Part shown: positions 10,166 to 19,934 of the stretch, in pieces | How positions within the stretch are numbered: position 1 is the first letter of the stretch | How the letters are laid out: the number at the start of each line of letters is the position of its first letter | Assembly: GCA_963716725.1 (NCBI GenBank) | Contig: CAVQUB010000032.1 | Location: 96,001-160,000, forward strand | Origin: an uncultured delta proteobacterium | GTDB taxonomy: Bacteria > Myxococcota_A > Polyangia > Polyangiales > Polyangiaceae | Direction of reading: 5' to 3' | Length of the DNA: 64,000 nt | The notes under the pieces: model-generated | What the model saw: only the letters and a program-made list of their open reading frames with translations | The model's database searches: none | Told to the model about the DNA's origin: nothing | Made by a program: the position numbers and the translations under genes

Positions 10166-10861
10166 ATGAGACCTTCAATCGAAATCGACTCTGGCCTGCT
10201 CGTCCCGCCGTCCCAGCGCTCTGGCACAGGTCGGCACACGCTGCCCGGCACGCCCATCGCGCTCCGCGATCGGGACTCGCTCGGTGGAGTGGCCGAGGAC
10301 TTCTTCTCCGCGGGAGACGACGGCAGCTACGAAGGCGCCGAGGCCGAGCCGCTCGAAGGGGTCGAGCTCGAGCCAGTGAGGGTGGTGGTGCGATCACCGG
10401 AGATGGAAGCACGCCGCGCTCGTGGCATTCGAGTGGTCGCCGGCGTCGTCGGCTGCCTGACGGCGTTGCTCGCCTTTGGAGTCGTCCGCTCGAACGTACC
10501 GGGCGAGGCCGTTGCGACGGCTCCAGTCAACGGCCTTCACCACGCAGAGGCGGCGCGCGAGCCCGCGTCCATCGGCAGAGCAGCTGCTCGAGGGCTCGAG
10601 GCGGCGCCAGCCGGCGAGCAGACCCCTCGAGCCGCGCCCGCGAAGCCCTCGACACCTGTCAGCGCTCCCGCCGTTGCCCGGGCAACCTCAGCCCTTTCGC
10701 GGGCTCTGTCGCCGCCGGTAGCCCTCGTGTCGCCGGTCCGCGCTGCCGCGAGGCCTTTGGCCGATGCCCCGCCCAGCGTGGCGAATTTTGCTGCTCGGTC
10801 CGGCGACTCGCCAAAGTCTGCGGGGCGAGTGCCGACCGCTTCGTTCGCGCCCGCGCGGTAG
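10166..10861 (+). CDS. Hypothetical single-TM protein with Ala/Pro-rich C-terminus
   Basis: ORF 10127..10861, ATG at 10166; acidic N-terminus, one hydrophobic helix. Confidence 0.6.
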   Translation: MRPSIEIDSGLLVPPSQRSGTGRHTLPGTPIALRDRDSLGGVAEDFFSAGDDGSYEGAEAEPLEGVELEPVRVVVRSPEMEARRARGIRVVAGVVGCLTALLAFGVVRSNVPGEAVATAPVNGLHHAEAAREPASIGRAAARGLEAAPAGEQTPRAAPAKPSTPVSAPAVARATSALSRALSPPVALVSPVRAAARPLADAPPSVANFAARSGDSPKSAGRVPTASFAPAR

Positions 10862-10891
10862 GCGCAGGGGACGACCGACCGAAGTTTTGGC

Positions 10892-11839
10892 ATGCTTCGC
10901 TCGATGCGCCTCGTCACCGTCGCTCTGACCCTGTGCTTCATCTCGGGTTGCGGCTCGTCGTCGAGCGACGAGCCCCGGTCGGCACCGGGAGCGCCTGCGT
11001 CCTCGAGCTTCGACTGTACGGCGGTCGGGCCGCCCGAGCGCAGGACGCCGGTTCCCGCGAGCTGTGCGACGGATCGGACCTGCACCGAGCGTATGGTGTC
11101 AGGCCATCGGGGCACCGGAGGAGAGCTGGGCGCGCTGGCGCCTGAGAACACCCTCTCTGCCGTGCGCGCTGCCATCGCCGCGGGTGCAGACTTCGTCGAG
11201 ACCGATCCCCGCCCGACCAAGGACGGCGTGCTGGTGAACCTGCACGACACGGAGGTCGATCGCACCACGCATGGCAGCGGCGTCGCTTCCGACATGACCC
11301 TGGTGGAGATCCAGGCGCTGCAAATCGATGCCTCGAACCTCGCGGGGGATTTCTCCTGCGACCGGGTGCCCACCATCCATGAGGTGCTGGCAGCCGCCAA
11401 AGGTCGCATTCACGTGCTGCTGGACGCCAACAAGACCAGCCGGGTGGATCTCCTGGTTCAGGCCGTCCACGACACCGACACGCTCGATTGGGCCATCTTC
11501 GACACCGACGACACCAAGAAAATCCAAGATGCCCTGCTGCTCGAGCCCGCGCTGCACACCATGATCCGAGTCACCGACGAAGCTGAGATCGACGCCGAGC
11601 TCGCGCTGTTCAGCGCGCACCCGCCGGTCATCGTCGAGATCCACGACGGAGCGGATCCCAAGCTCCTGGCGCCCAAGCTGCACGCCGCTGGCCATCGGGT
11701 CCTGATGGACGTGTTCGCGCTGGATCTGTCGGCGAAGTTGGCACAAGACGCTCAGATCTACGCGACGCCTTTCGCAAACGGTGTGGACATCGTGCAGACC
11801 GACCGTCCCGAACTGGTCGCGCAGTACCTGAAGCGATGA
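10892..11839 (+). CDS. Glycerophosphodiester phosphodiesterase family lipoprotein
   Basis: SGHRG...APENTL, ETD..TKDGVLVNLHD, GVDIVQTDRP. Confidence 0.92.
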   Translation: MLRSMRLVTVALTLCFISGCGSSSSDEPRSAPGAPASSSFDCTAVGPPERRTPVPASCATDRTCTERMVSGHRGTGGELGALAPENTLSAVRAAIAAGADFVETDPRPTKDGVLVNLHDTEVDRTTHGSGVASDMTLVEIQALQIDASNLAGDFSCDRVPTIHEVLAAAKGRIHVLLDANKTSRVDLLVQAVHDTDTLDWAIFDTDDTKKIQDALLLEPALHTMIRVTDEAEIDAELALFSAHPPVIVEIHDGADPKLLAPKLHAAGHRVLMDVFALDLSAKLAQDAQIYATPFANGVDIVQTDRPELVAQYLKR

Positions 11840-11888
11840 CGACCGGGGCGATCCGCGCTAGGTTCCGCCGGCTTCCTGGAGGTACGAA

Positions 11889-13082
11889 ATGAAGAAGCTC
11901 AGCCGTGAAATCTGGATTGTCGCTGCCAAACGCACGCCCTTCGGCGCGCTCTCGGGCGGGCTCAAGGACGTGAGCGCCATCGATCTGGCGGTGCACGCTG
12001 GCAAGGCGGCCATCGCCCAGAGCGGCGCGCAGCCGAAGGACTTCGACCACGTCATCCTCGGCAACGTGCAGCAGACCAGCGCGGACGCCATCTACGGCGC
12101 GCGGCACGTGGGCTTGAAGGCCGGCCTGCCGATTGAGACGCCGGCCCTCACCGTCAACCGCCTCTGCGGATCCGGGTTCCAAGCGGTCGTGAACGCGGCG
12201 GAGCAGATCCTGCTCGGCGAAGCCCGTTGCGTGCTCGCGGGAGGCTCGGAGAACATGAGCCAGGCGCCGCATGTCCTGTGGGGCCTGCGTGACGGTGCGA
12301 AGTTCGGCAGGCCACCCAAGCTCGTGGATTCGCTCTGGGAGGCGCTCACGGACAGCTACTGCCAGACTCCGATGGCAGTGACGGCCGAGAACCTCGCCGA
12401 GAAGTACGGCGTCACCCGGGAGATGGCCGATGCCTTTGCGCTACGCTCGCAGAAGAACTGGGCGGCTGCCCAGGAGTCCGGGGCGTTTTCCGATGAAATC
12501 TGCCCGATGGAAATCCCACAGGGACGAAAGACGCTGACCGTCGATCGCGACGAGCATGCCCGCCCGCAGACGACGCTCGAGACGTTGGCGAAGCTGCCGA
12601 CCGTGTTCAAGAAGGACGGTGTCGTGACCGCAGGCAACGCGAGTGGCATCTGCGACGGAGCGGCGATGCTGGTGGTCGCTGACGCCGAATGGGCGAAGGC
12701 TCAGGGGCTGAAGCCGCTGGCCAAGCTCGTGCAGTGGGGCGTCGCCGGGGTCGAGCCCAGCCTCATGGGCATCGGGCCGGCGCCTGCCATCCGCAGCGCC
12801 CTCGAGCGCGCCGGCGTCGCCATCGGCGACGTCGACTTGTTCGACGTCAACGAGGCGTTCGCGCCGCAGTTCTTGGCTGTACAGAAGGAGCTCGGCCTCC
12901 CCGACGAGAAGGTCAACGTGAACGGTGGAGCCATCGCCCTCGGTCACCCGCTCGGAGCATCCGGCGCCCGCATCACCGCGAACTTGATCTACACCTTGAA
13001 GAAACGCGGCAAGCGGCTCGGGGTCGGTTCGGCCTGCATCGGCGGCGGCCAGGGCATCGCAGTGGTTCTCGAATCGGTCTGA
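11889..13082 (+). CDS. Thiolase (acetyl-CoA C-acyltransferase)
   Basis: VNRLCGSG, NEAFA, GGAIALGHPLGASG, CIGGGQG. Confidence 0.97.
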   Translation: MKKLSREIWIVAAKRTPFGALSGGLKDVSAIDLAVHAGKAAIAQSGAQPKDFDHVILGNVQQTSADAIYGARHVGLKAGLPIETPALTVNRLCGSGFQAVVNAAEQILLGEARCVLAGGSENMSQAPHVLWGLRDGAKFGRPPKLVDSLWEALTDSYCQTPMAVTAENLAEKYGVTREMADAFALRSQKNWAAAQESGAFSDEICPMEIPQGRKTLTVDRDEHARPQTTLETLAKLPTVFKKDGVVTAGNASGICDGAAMLVVADAEWAKAQGLKPLAKLVQWGVAGVEPSLMGIGPAPAIRSALERAGVAIGDVDLFDVNEAFAPQFLAVQKELGLPDEKVNVNGGAIALGHPLGASGARITANLIYTLKKRGKRLGVGSACIGGGQGIAVVLESV

Positions 13083-13085
13083 CGC

Positions 13086-14291
13086 TCACGGCGCGTCGTG
13101 ACCCGGTCGGTGGGTCACGGCGCGGCGGACGCTCGGACTGGCGAAGAGCGCAGCGAGCGCCAAGAGCAACAGAGCCGAGCTGGCGTAATAAGGCAGGTCG
13201 GCTCGAATCGTGTACAGGCCCGTGCCGACCACCGGACCGAGTACTCGTCCCAAGCCGTGTGCCGCGTGGCTGAGCCCGGCTGCCGCACCTTGCTCGTGCT
13301 CGCCCACCGCGAGGGAGGCGGCGGCAGTCACGCCTGGCAACGCGAGCCCCTGTCCGAGCCCCTGGACCGCCAGCGCGGCGGTGAGGGGGATGAAATCGTG
13401 GGCGAAGATCAGCCCGATGAAGCCACACAGCGCAATCGGGACGCCGGCGCTCAAGAGCACGTGCGGGGGCCACTTGTAGCGTCGGACCAGGAAGCCCTGC
13501 ACGAAGACCGCGACGATGCCGTAGAAGACCAGCGAGAGGCCCACAGTGCGGGCCGTCTCGTGTTCGGTCAGGTGCAGGCGGTCCTGGAAGTAGAACGCCA
13601 CGGTCTGCTCCATGGCGACGCTGGACAGGCTGATCACCAGCCCCAGTGCGAGCACGGGCCACATTCGCACGATGAGCGACGTCGGGTGTTCCTCGTCGGG
13701 CGGCCTGACGTGTTTGACCGGTTCGGGAAGCTTGATCCAGACGAAGACCGCGTTCAGAAGGGCGAACCCAGCAGAAAAATACACGGGCGCGAGCAGACTC
13801 AGCGTCGACAGCGCCGCGCCAATGGCAGGGCCGATCACCACACCCAGGCCGAATGCAGCGCCGATGAGCGCCATGCCCGCGGTCCGATCCGCGCGATCCG
13901 TGGTGTCCGCAATGTAGGCCTGCGCCGTTGGCAGGGTCGCCGACGAAAAGACGCCGCCCGCGACCCGCGACGCGAGCAAGAGCCCGAAGGTCGTCCAGCG
14001 ATCGAAGAGGCCTTGTTTGCCCAGCTGAGCGATGATCGCGAAGGCGAGGAACGACAGCGCGAAGCCGATGATTCCGACCAGCAGCACCGGCTTGCGCCCA
14101 ACGCGCTCGCTCCGCCGCCCCCAGAACGGGCTCATGACGAACTGCATGAGCGCGTAGCTGGTCGACAAGAGGCCGACCTCGATCTCGGAGAAGCCGAGCC
14201 AGCGCCCGAGCGGGGCCAGGATCGGAAACAGCACCGACAGCCCGAGGATGCTGTTGAACAGCGTGATGAACAACAGCCCGCGGGGCGACAC
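13086..14291 (-). CDS. MFS transporter (TetA/DHA1-like)
   Basis: Multi-TM pattern; WGRRSERVGRKPVLL motif A; AQAYIADTT; GPAIG motif C. Confidence 0.93.
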   Translation of the reverse strand: MSPRGLLFITLFNSILGLSVLFPILAPLGRWLGFSEIEVGLLSTSYALMQFVMSPFWGRRSERVGRKPVLLVGIIGFALSFLAFAIIAQLGKQGLFDRWTTFGLLLASRVAGGVFSSATLPTAQAYIADTTDRADRTAGMALIGAAFGLGVVIGPAIGAALSTLSLLAPVYFSAGFALLNAVFVWIKLPEPVKHVRPPDEEHPTSLIVRMWPVLALGLVISLSSVAMEQTVAFYFQDRLHLTEHETARTVGLSLVFYGIVAVFVQGFLVRRYKWPPHVLLSAGVPIALCGFIGLIFAHDFIPLTAALAVQGLGQGLALPGVTAAASLAVGEHEQGAAAGLSHAAHGLGRVLGPVVGTGLYTIRADLPYYASSALLLLALAALFASPSVRRAVTHRPGHDAP

Positions 14292-14347
14292 GTGGCTACT
14301 CTACTCGATGTGCTCGTGAGGGCGCGTGATATGCTCGCGCGTTCCGA

Positions 14348-15139
14348 GTGACGGCGCGTGTATCCTCTTTGTCGGCCTATCCGGTCAAGTCCTGCGGTGG
14401 CGTCCGCTTGTCTCGGGCGTGGGTCGAACGCCGCGGGCTCTCCCACGATCGACGCTTCATGTTGGTGGACGAATGCGGTGAGTTCATCACTCAACGGCGA
14501 GAAGGCGTGTTGGCGCAGACTCGGCTGGAGCTTGGTGAACGGCACTTCAGGGTGACCGCACCCGGGCGCGAGGCGCTAGAGGTTCCCCTCGTCCCCGCAG
14601 GGGGAGAACGCATTCGCGTACGGGTCTGGAACGACGAGAGCGAGGGCCTGCTCGTGCCGGAAGCCGCCGACTGGTTCAGCGCGCTCGTGGGGCGCCCTCT
14701 GCGTTTGGTCTACATGCCGTCGGACGTGTCTCGCCGGGTGGATCCCACTTACGGCGCGGAAGGGGACATCGTGAGCTTTGCCGATGGCTTCCCGCTGCTG
14801 CTCGTCTCCGAAGGCTCCCTCGAAGAGCTCGCGCATCGGGCGGGGAGGGCCTTCGAGATGCAACGGTTCCGCCCCAACGTGGTCGTCTCGGGTACGGAAG
14901 CCCACGCCGAGGACTCGTGGCGACGGATCCGCGTGGGCGCGGTCGAAATGCGTGTCGTGAAGCCCTGCTCTCGCTGCGCGATCCCGACTCGGGACCCCGA
15001 CACCGGCGCGCTCGGCAAGGAGCCCCTCACCACCCTGGCGACCTACCGCAAGCGGGACGGGAAGGTGATGTTCGGGATGAACGTGATCCCAGACTTCGAA
15101 GCCGAGCTGCGAGTCGGCGATCCGGTCGAGGTGCTGTGA
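14348..15139 (+). CDS. MOSC domain protein (YcbX/mARC-like)
   Basis: YPVKSC, DRRFMLVD, FADGFPLL, RFRPNVVV, KPCSRC, FGMN. Confidence 0.95.
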   Translation: MTARVSSLSAYPVKSCGGVRLSRAWVERRGLSHDRRFMLVDECGEFITQRREGVLAQTRLELGERHFRVTAPGREALEVPLVPAGGERIRVRVWNDESEGLLVPEAADWFSALVGRPLRLVYMPSDVSRRVDPTYGAEGDIVSFADGFPLLLVSEGSLEELAHRAGRAFEMQRFRPNVVVSGTEAHAEDSWRRIRVGAVEMRVVKPCSRCAIPTRDPDTGALGKEPLTTLATYRKRDGKVMFGMNVIPDFEAELRVGDPVEVL

Positions 15140-15197
15140 CGCGGCTGGAGCTTCGACAAGCTAGCCCGGGTCCGCCACCCGTGCGAAAGTTGGCGCC

Positions 15198-15836
15198 ATG
15201 AACTGCCCCCGTTGCGGTGGAGTTGTCTGGAGTCGCGCGCTACCGGCCGGATCGGGTCACGCCTGTGGCAGCTGCGGGGGCGTCTGGCTCGACACGGCCG
15301 CGGCCGCGCGTGTGACCGAGGTGATGTGCGCCGACACCCTCGCCCACGCGGACGCCGGCGCCCAGCTTTCGAAACACGCGGTGGACACCCGGGGTGCCGT
15401 CGCCTGTCCGGTCTGCGGCGCGCCCATGGAGCGCAGCGTTGCCGGGCAGACCCGCGTCGAGCTCGACACATGCCGCTCGCATGGCACTTGGTTCGATCGC
15501 GACGAGCTCGGCCGGGTCGCACAGGCGCACGCCACTGCCCGGGCCTACGGACAGCACGGCAGCGCCGCCTTGGTGGGTGGCGCAGCGGTGGGCGGCGCGG
15601 CGGTGGTGGGCGCGGCCGCGGTGGGCGCGGCGGTCGCCGCAGATCAAGGGTTCTTTGCCCGCCAATTCCAGCATGTCGACGCCGCGGACGCCGCGGAGAT
15701 CGCCATCGAAGGCGGCAGCGCGGCCTTCGATGTGGGCGGTGCCATCGGTGACGCGGCCGACGCTGCGGGCGGGGGCGCCGAGATCGCGGGGACTGTCTTC
15801 GAGCTGCTCGGTGGGCTGTTCGAAGGCTTGGGGTGA
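15198..15836 (+). CDS. Double zinc-ribbon (zf-TFIIB-like) protein
   Basis: CPRC...CGSCGGVWLD and CPVC...C..HGTWFDRDEL. Confidence 0.85.
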   Translation: MNCPRCGGVVWSRALPAGSGHACGSCGGVWLDTAAAARVTEVMCADTLAHADAGAQLSKHAVDTRGAVACPVCGAPMERSVAGQTRVELDTCRSHGTWFDRDELGRVAQAHATARAYGQHGSAALVGGAAVGGAAVVGAAAVGAAVAADQGFFARQFQHVDAADAAEIAIEGGSAAFDVGGAIGDAADAAGGGAEIAGTVFELLGGLFEGLG

Positions 15837-16894
15837 TGCGCAGGCTGCGCGCCGCGGCGCTCTCTGCCGGACTGCTCGTAGCCGCGTGCGGAGGGCCACC
15901 GGCACCGTCAGCGCCAGCGGGGCCGGCGCGAGTCGACACCGGACGCGCCCTCTACGATCGCTACTGCGCCCTGTGTCACGGTGCAGGGGCGGTCGGCTAC
16001 TCGGCTGACAACGCGAGTCAGCTGAAGAACCGGACGTTCTTGGGTACGGTCACCGACGAGCACCTGCGGGTCGCCATCGAGAGCGGCCGTCCGGGGACTC
16101 CGATGTCGGCCTTCGGCGTCGCGCGCAGGGGTCCGCTCGCCGCGTCGGATGTCGGCGCCCTCATCGCGTACCTGCAATCACTGGGCGACGGCGCCGCGAT
16201 GGACGTGCATCGGGCGGGGGCATCGGGGAACGCTGCGGCTGGCGGGAAGAGCTACGGCGCACGCTGCGCTGCCTGTCACGGACCGAAGGGCGAAGGCCGG
16301 ACCGCGATCAGCTTGAACAACCCGACCTTCCTCGCCACGGCCAGCGACGGATTCATCCGATACGCCATCGAGCACGGTCGCCCCGGCACGCCGATGCCGG
16401 CCTTCGGCAAGCTGCTCGCGCCGAGCGAGCTCGACGATCTCACCGCGGCGATTCGCGGGTGGGCGAGGCCCATCGGCCCGGCGACGGCGGCCGCCACTTG
16501 GCTCCCGGCCGTGGCGGATTTGGTGATTCACCCCCAGGGTCCGCACCCGAAATTCTCCCTTCGGGAGGGTCGCTACGTGCCGGCGGCCGAGGTCGCCGAG
16601 GCGCTGCGCACTGGCGCGCGTTTGGTGGTGCTCGATGCGCGGCCGCTCTCCGATTGGCACGCCGGTCACATCCCAGGCGCCACGCCCGCCCCCTTTCACG
16701 ACAGCCTCGACACCATTGCCGCGGCCCTGCCCCGCGACGGCACCTGGATCATCGCTTATTGCGCCTGCCCGCACGCGGCCTCCGGCAAGGTCGTGGACGC
16801 GCTGCGCGAGCGCGGGTTTTCGAACACGGCCGTCCTCGACGAAGGCATCCAGATCTGGCAGGAGCGAGGCTATCCGATGCGACCGGCGCCTTGA
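15833..16894 (+). CDS. Di-haem c-type cytochrome lipoprotein fused to a rhodanese-like domain
   Basis: CALCH and CAACH, each followed by GRPGTPM; VLDAR..GHIPGA..YCACP..LDEGI..W. Confidence 0.88.
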   Translation: MMRRLRAAALSAGLLVAACGGPPAPSAPAGPARVDTGRALYDRYCALCHGAGAVGYSADNASQLKNRTFLGTVTDEHLRVAIESGRPGTPMSAFGVARRGPLAASDVGALIAYLQSLGDGAAMDVHRAGASGNAAAGGKSYGARCAACHGPKGEGRTAISLNNPTFLATASDGFIRYAIEHGRPGTPMPAFGKLLAPSELDDLTAAIRGWARPIGPATAAATWLPAVADLVIHPQGPHPKFSLREGRYVPAAEVAEALRTGARLVVLDARPLSDWHAGHIPGATPAPFHDSLDTIAAALPRDGTWIIAYCACPHAASGKVVDALRERGFSNTAVLDEGIQIWQERGYPMRPAP

Positions 16895-16918
16895 CGCTCG
16901 CCCCCTCGCGGTGGTCCC

Positions 16919-18100
16919 GTGCTCGGAGTGGCGCTCGGCGTCGTTCTCCAGGTGGTCCTCGGGCTCGTCGCTGCCAGCGTCGCTTACACGCTGTACTGCA
17001 CGGTCCGCGGCCTTCACGCGCTGATCGAGCCCCCGGAGCAGGTCGAGCCCCGGTCGACGTGGCCGCGGGTCAGCATGATCGTCCCGGCGTGCAACGAAGC
17101 TGACACCCTCGAGGCGGCGACGCGGGCCAAACTCTCGAGCGACTACCCGAACCTCGAGCTCGTGTTGATCGACGATCGCTCGACGGACGGCACCTCCGAG
17201 ATCGTGGACCGCATCGCGGCGAGCGACCCACGGGCACGGGCCGTGCACATCTCGGAGTTGCCACCCGGTTGGCTTGGTAAAGTGCACGCGCTCAGCCGGG
17301 GTTGCGAGGAGGCGACGGGGGAGTGGCTGCTGTTCTGCGACGCCGATGTGCACATCGATTCGGACTTCTTGCGGCGGGTGATGGCCGAATCCCTGCGACG
17401 AGACCTCGAGTTCGTCACGCTCTTGCCGAGGATCCTGTCATCGTCGTTTGCGCTGGACATCGCGCTGGCGACCTTCACCCGCATCCTGGTCGCGGGTGGG
17501 AGGCTCTGGCTGGTGGCAGATCCCAGGTCACGCGTCGCCGTCGGGGGAGGCGTGTTCAACCTGGTCGAGCGCCGCGCCCTGGATCGCACCCGCGGCCTCG
17601 AATGGCTGCGGCTCGAAATCGCCGACGACGTCGCGTTGGGTCAAATGTTGAAGCGCTCGGGCGCGCGCTCGGCGGTGTTCGACGGCACTCGGGGCGTCCA
17701 CCTGCACTTCTACCGATCGCTGGGCGAAATGATGCGTGGGCTCGAGAAGAACGCCTACGCGGTCTTCGGGGGTCTACGCCCGCTCCAGCTCGCGCTGATG
17801 CTGTCGCTCATGGTCTCCATCGAGCTGTTTCCAGTGGTGGCGCTGGCACTGCCCTCGACGACGGCGAGGGTCGCAGGCGCGGCTATGCTGGCCACCACCG
17901 CGCTCAGCCAAGCCCTGGTGGCTCGGGCGGGCAAGCGGGGGATCGGGACCGCGCTGGTCCCGGCGCTCGGCCCGCTGCTACTCTCGTGGTTTGGGCTCCG
18001 GTCAGCCGTACTCGCCCATCTTCGGGGCGGGATCGTCTGGCGGGGCACACACTACTCGCTCGCCGAGCTGCGCGCTGGCCGTCGATTCGAGGTCTTCTGA
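16919..18100 (+). CDS. Glycosyltransferase family 2, membrane-bound
   Basis: VPACNE, DDRSTDGT, LPPGWLGK, FCDADV, DDVALG. Confidence 0.9.
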   Translation: MLGVALGVVLQVVLGLVAASVAYTLYCTVRGLHALIEPPEQVEPRSTWPRVSMIVPACNEADTLEAATRAKLSSDYPNLELVLIDDRSTDGTSEIVDRIAASDPRARAVHISELPPGWLGKVHALSRGCEEATGEWLLFCDADVHIDSDFLRRVMAESLRRDLEFVTLLPRILSSSFALDIALATFTRILVAGGRLWLVADPRSRVAVGGGVFNLVERRALDRTRGLEWLRLEIADDVALGQMLKRSGARSAVFDGTRGVHLHFYRSLGEMMRGLEKNAYAVFGGLRPLQLALMLSLMVSIELFPVVALALPSTTARVAGAAMLATTALSQALVARAGKRGIGTALVPALGPLLLSWFGLRSAVLAHLRGGIVWRGTHYSLAELRAGRRFEVF

Positions 18101-18108
18101 AGCGCGAG

Positions 18109-19917
18109 TCAGCGAGCGTTGGCGTCGTTCAACCCGCGTGACAAAAAGCTCAGGAGCGCGCGCCGATCTGCTTTGGACAGCGCAAACGCGCGAACGTCGG
18201 GATCGAAGCTGGGCGGCGCGATGCCCAGCCCCTCGCCGGCCCCCGCGGCGTAGAAGTCCACGACCTCTTCCAGAGTGCGGAACGCGCCATTGTGGAAGTA
18301 GGGCGCCGTTCGCGGCAAGTTGCGCAGGCTCGGCACCTTGAATGCGTGGCGCCCGGTCGTTTGTTTCTCCAGCCCGCCGCGACCGAGATCCGGATCCAAC
18401 TCGCGGGTGCCCGGGCGTTTCGGGACACCGATGACCGAGACCTCGGCCTTCGTGAAACGCGGAGGTGCGGCCCCGCTGGTGAGTGGCAGGCGGTGACAGC
18501 GGCTGCAGCGCGCCTCGCCATAGAAGATGTCGAAGCCCCGGAGCTCGCTGGCGCCCAGCGCGGCGCGATCACCGCGCACGTACCGATCGAAGGGCGCGTC
18601 GTCGCTCTGAAGAGTCCGCTCGTGAGCGGCCAGCGCACCCGTGATGGCTTCCTTGCTGACGCCACCCGGCAGCGCGGCTGTGACCTCGGGGTCGTCGCGC
18701 AGTCGATCGACGATGGTGGGCCAGTCTCCGCCCATGTCCTGCTCGACGGCGAGCTCGGTCTGACGAGTCAGCGTGCTCGCCCTCCCGTCCCAGAAGAGCA
18801 TGGGCTCGTAGGCGACGTTGAACAGGCTCGGGACGTCGCGGATCACGGATTTGCCGTCGAAGCGCCGCGGGCGAGTTGGCCCGGACGACAGCGCAGCGCT
18901 CTCGCGGTGACAGCTCGCGCAGCTCAGCGTGCGGTCTTTGCTCAACCGCGTGTCGCCGAACAGGCGCTTGCCGAGGGCCGCCTGCCGCTCGTCCGGCGCG
19001 GCTCCGGGCAGGCGGGGAAAAGTCGCCGGGCTCACGGGCTCGGCGAAGTGGTCCTTCTCGGTCGGTCGGCGCGGCGCAAAGGCCGGCGGGACGACGGCGC
19101 CCTTCCGCGCAAGCTCGACGCGCAGGGCGGCGCCGAGCTCGCCGCTCGCGATGAGCCCGTCGAGCTTTTGATCGATTCGGCCGCCCTTCTCCCGGGCCGC
19201 GAGCCAGGCGTCGAATCGCGCGACAGCGCTCGACAGCTGCCGCGACCCGCCGGTCAACGCGCGCACCTCGTCGATGTACTCGAGCAGCGCTCGCCCCCCG
19301 CCGATCACGTCGATCCGGTTCTCTTGGGCGCTCTCAGCTCCGGAGCCGTCGAGCATGACGCCCCAGTGGAACACCGCACGCGTCAGGGAGTGGGCGAGCT
19401 TGGGCAGCGAGAGCGAGATCGTGCGTGGCTCGTTCGGGGCGAGCTTCGACGCTGGACCGGTTCGGTGCAGTGACTGAGCCAGGACCTCCCACTTCGGCGG
19501 ATCGGTCGCGAGCGCGCCGGCAATGGGGCGCAGGCCCAAATCCTCGGGGACCTCGTCGGCCTCGTCGCTCTCGGGTTCTAACGTTCCAGTGTACGTGAGC
19601 ACCGCTGACAGCGGCAGCAGGCGCCGCCAAGCGCGACGAAGATCGAGGTAGGCGCGGCGGGCCGACGCTGCATCTTTTGCGCGCGACGCGCCCTCGAGTC
19701 GCTCGAAGGCCTCCGCCACGAATCGTCCGTCGCGCTCGGCGATACTCCTGATTTTCGACAGCGCGGGCACGACAGATGCAGAGGCCGGCAGGGCGGCTGA
19801 CGAGAGGGCCGGCAGGGCGACCGACGCGACGGTGACCGCCGGCTGCGGGTCGGCGCGATCCCGACACGCGCCGACGGCGAGCGAGCCGACGAGCAGCTGA
19901 ACAGCGAGCCTTCTCAC
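18109..19917 (-). CDS. Di-haem cytochrome c peroxidase/MauG family lipoprotein with long helical N-terminal extension
   Basis: LGKRLF.DTRLS...SCASCH, FWDGRA, CSRCH, FKVPSLRN..TAPYFHNG. Confidence 0.9.
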   Translation of the reverse strand: MRRLAVQLLVGSLAVGACRDRADPQPAVTVASVALPALSSAALPASASVVPALSKIRSIAERDGRFVAEAFERLEGASRAKDAASARRAYLDLRRAWRRLLPLSAVLTYTGTLEPESDEADEVPEDLGLRPIAGALATDPPKWEVLAQSLHRTGPASKLAPNEPRTISLSLPKLAHSLTRAVFHWGVMLDGSGAESAQENRIDVIGGGRALLEYIDEVRALTGGSRQLSSAVARFDAWLAAREKGGRIDQKLDGLIASGELGAALRVELARKGAVVPPAFAPRRPTEKDHFAEPVSPATFPRLPGAAPDERQAALGKRLFGDTRLSKDRTLSCASCHRESAALSSGPTRPRRFDGKSVIRDVPSLFNVAYEPMLFWDGRASTLTRQTELAVEQDMGGDWPTIVDRLRDDPEVTAALPGGVSKEAITGALAAHERTLQSDDAPFDRYVRGDRAALGASELRGFDIFYGEARCSRCHRLPLTSGAAPPRFTKAEVSVIGVPKRPGTRELDPDLGRGGLEKQTTGRHAFKVPSLRNLPRTAPYFHNGAFRTLEEVVDFYAAGAGEGLGIAPPSFDPDVRAFALSKADRRALLSFLSRGLNDANAR

Positions 19918-19934
19918 GGTGTCACGTGTAAGCT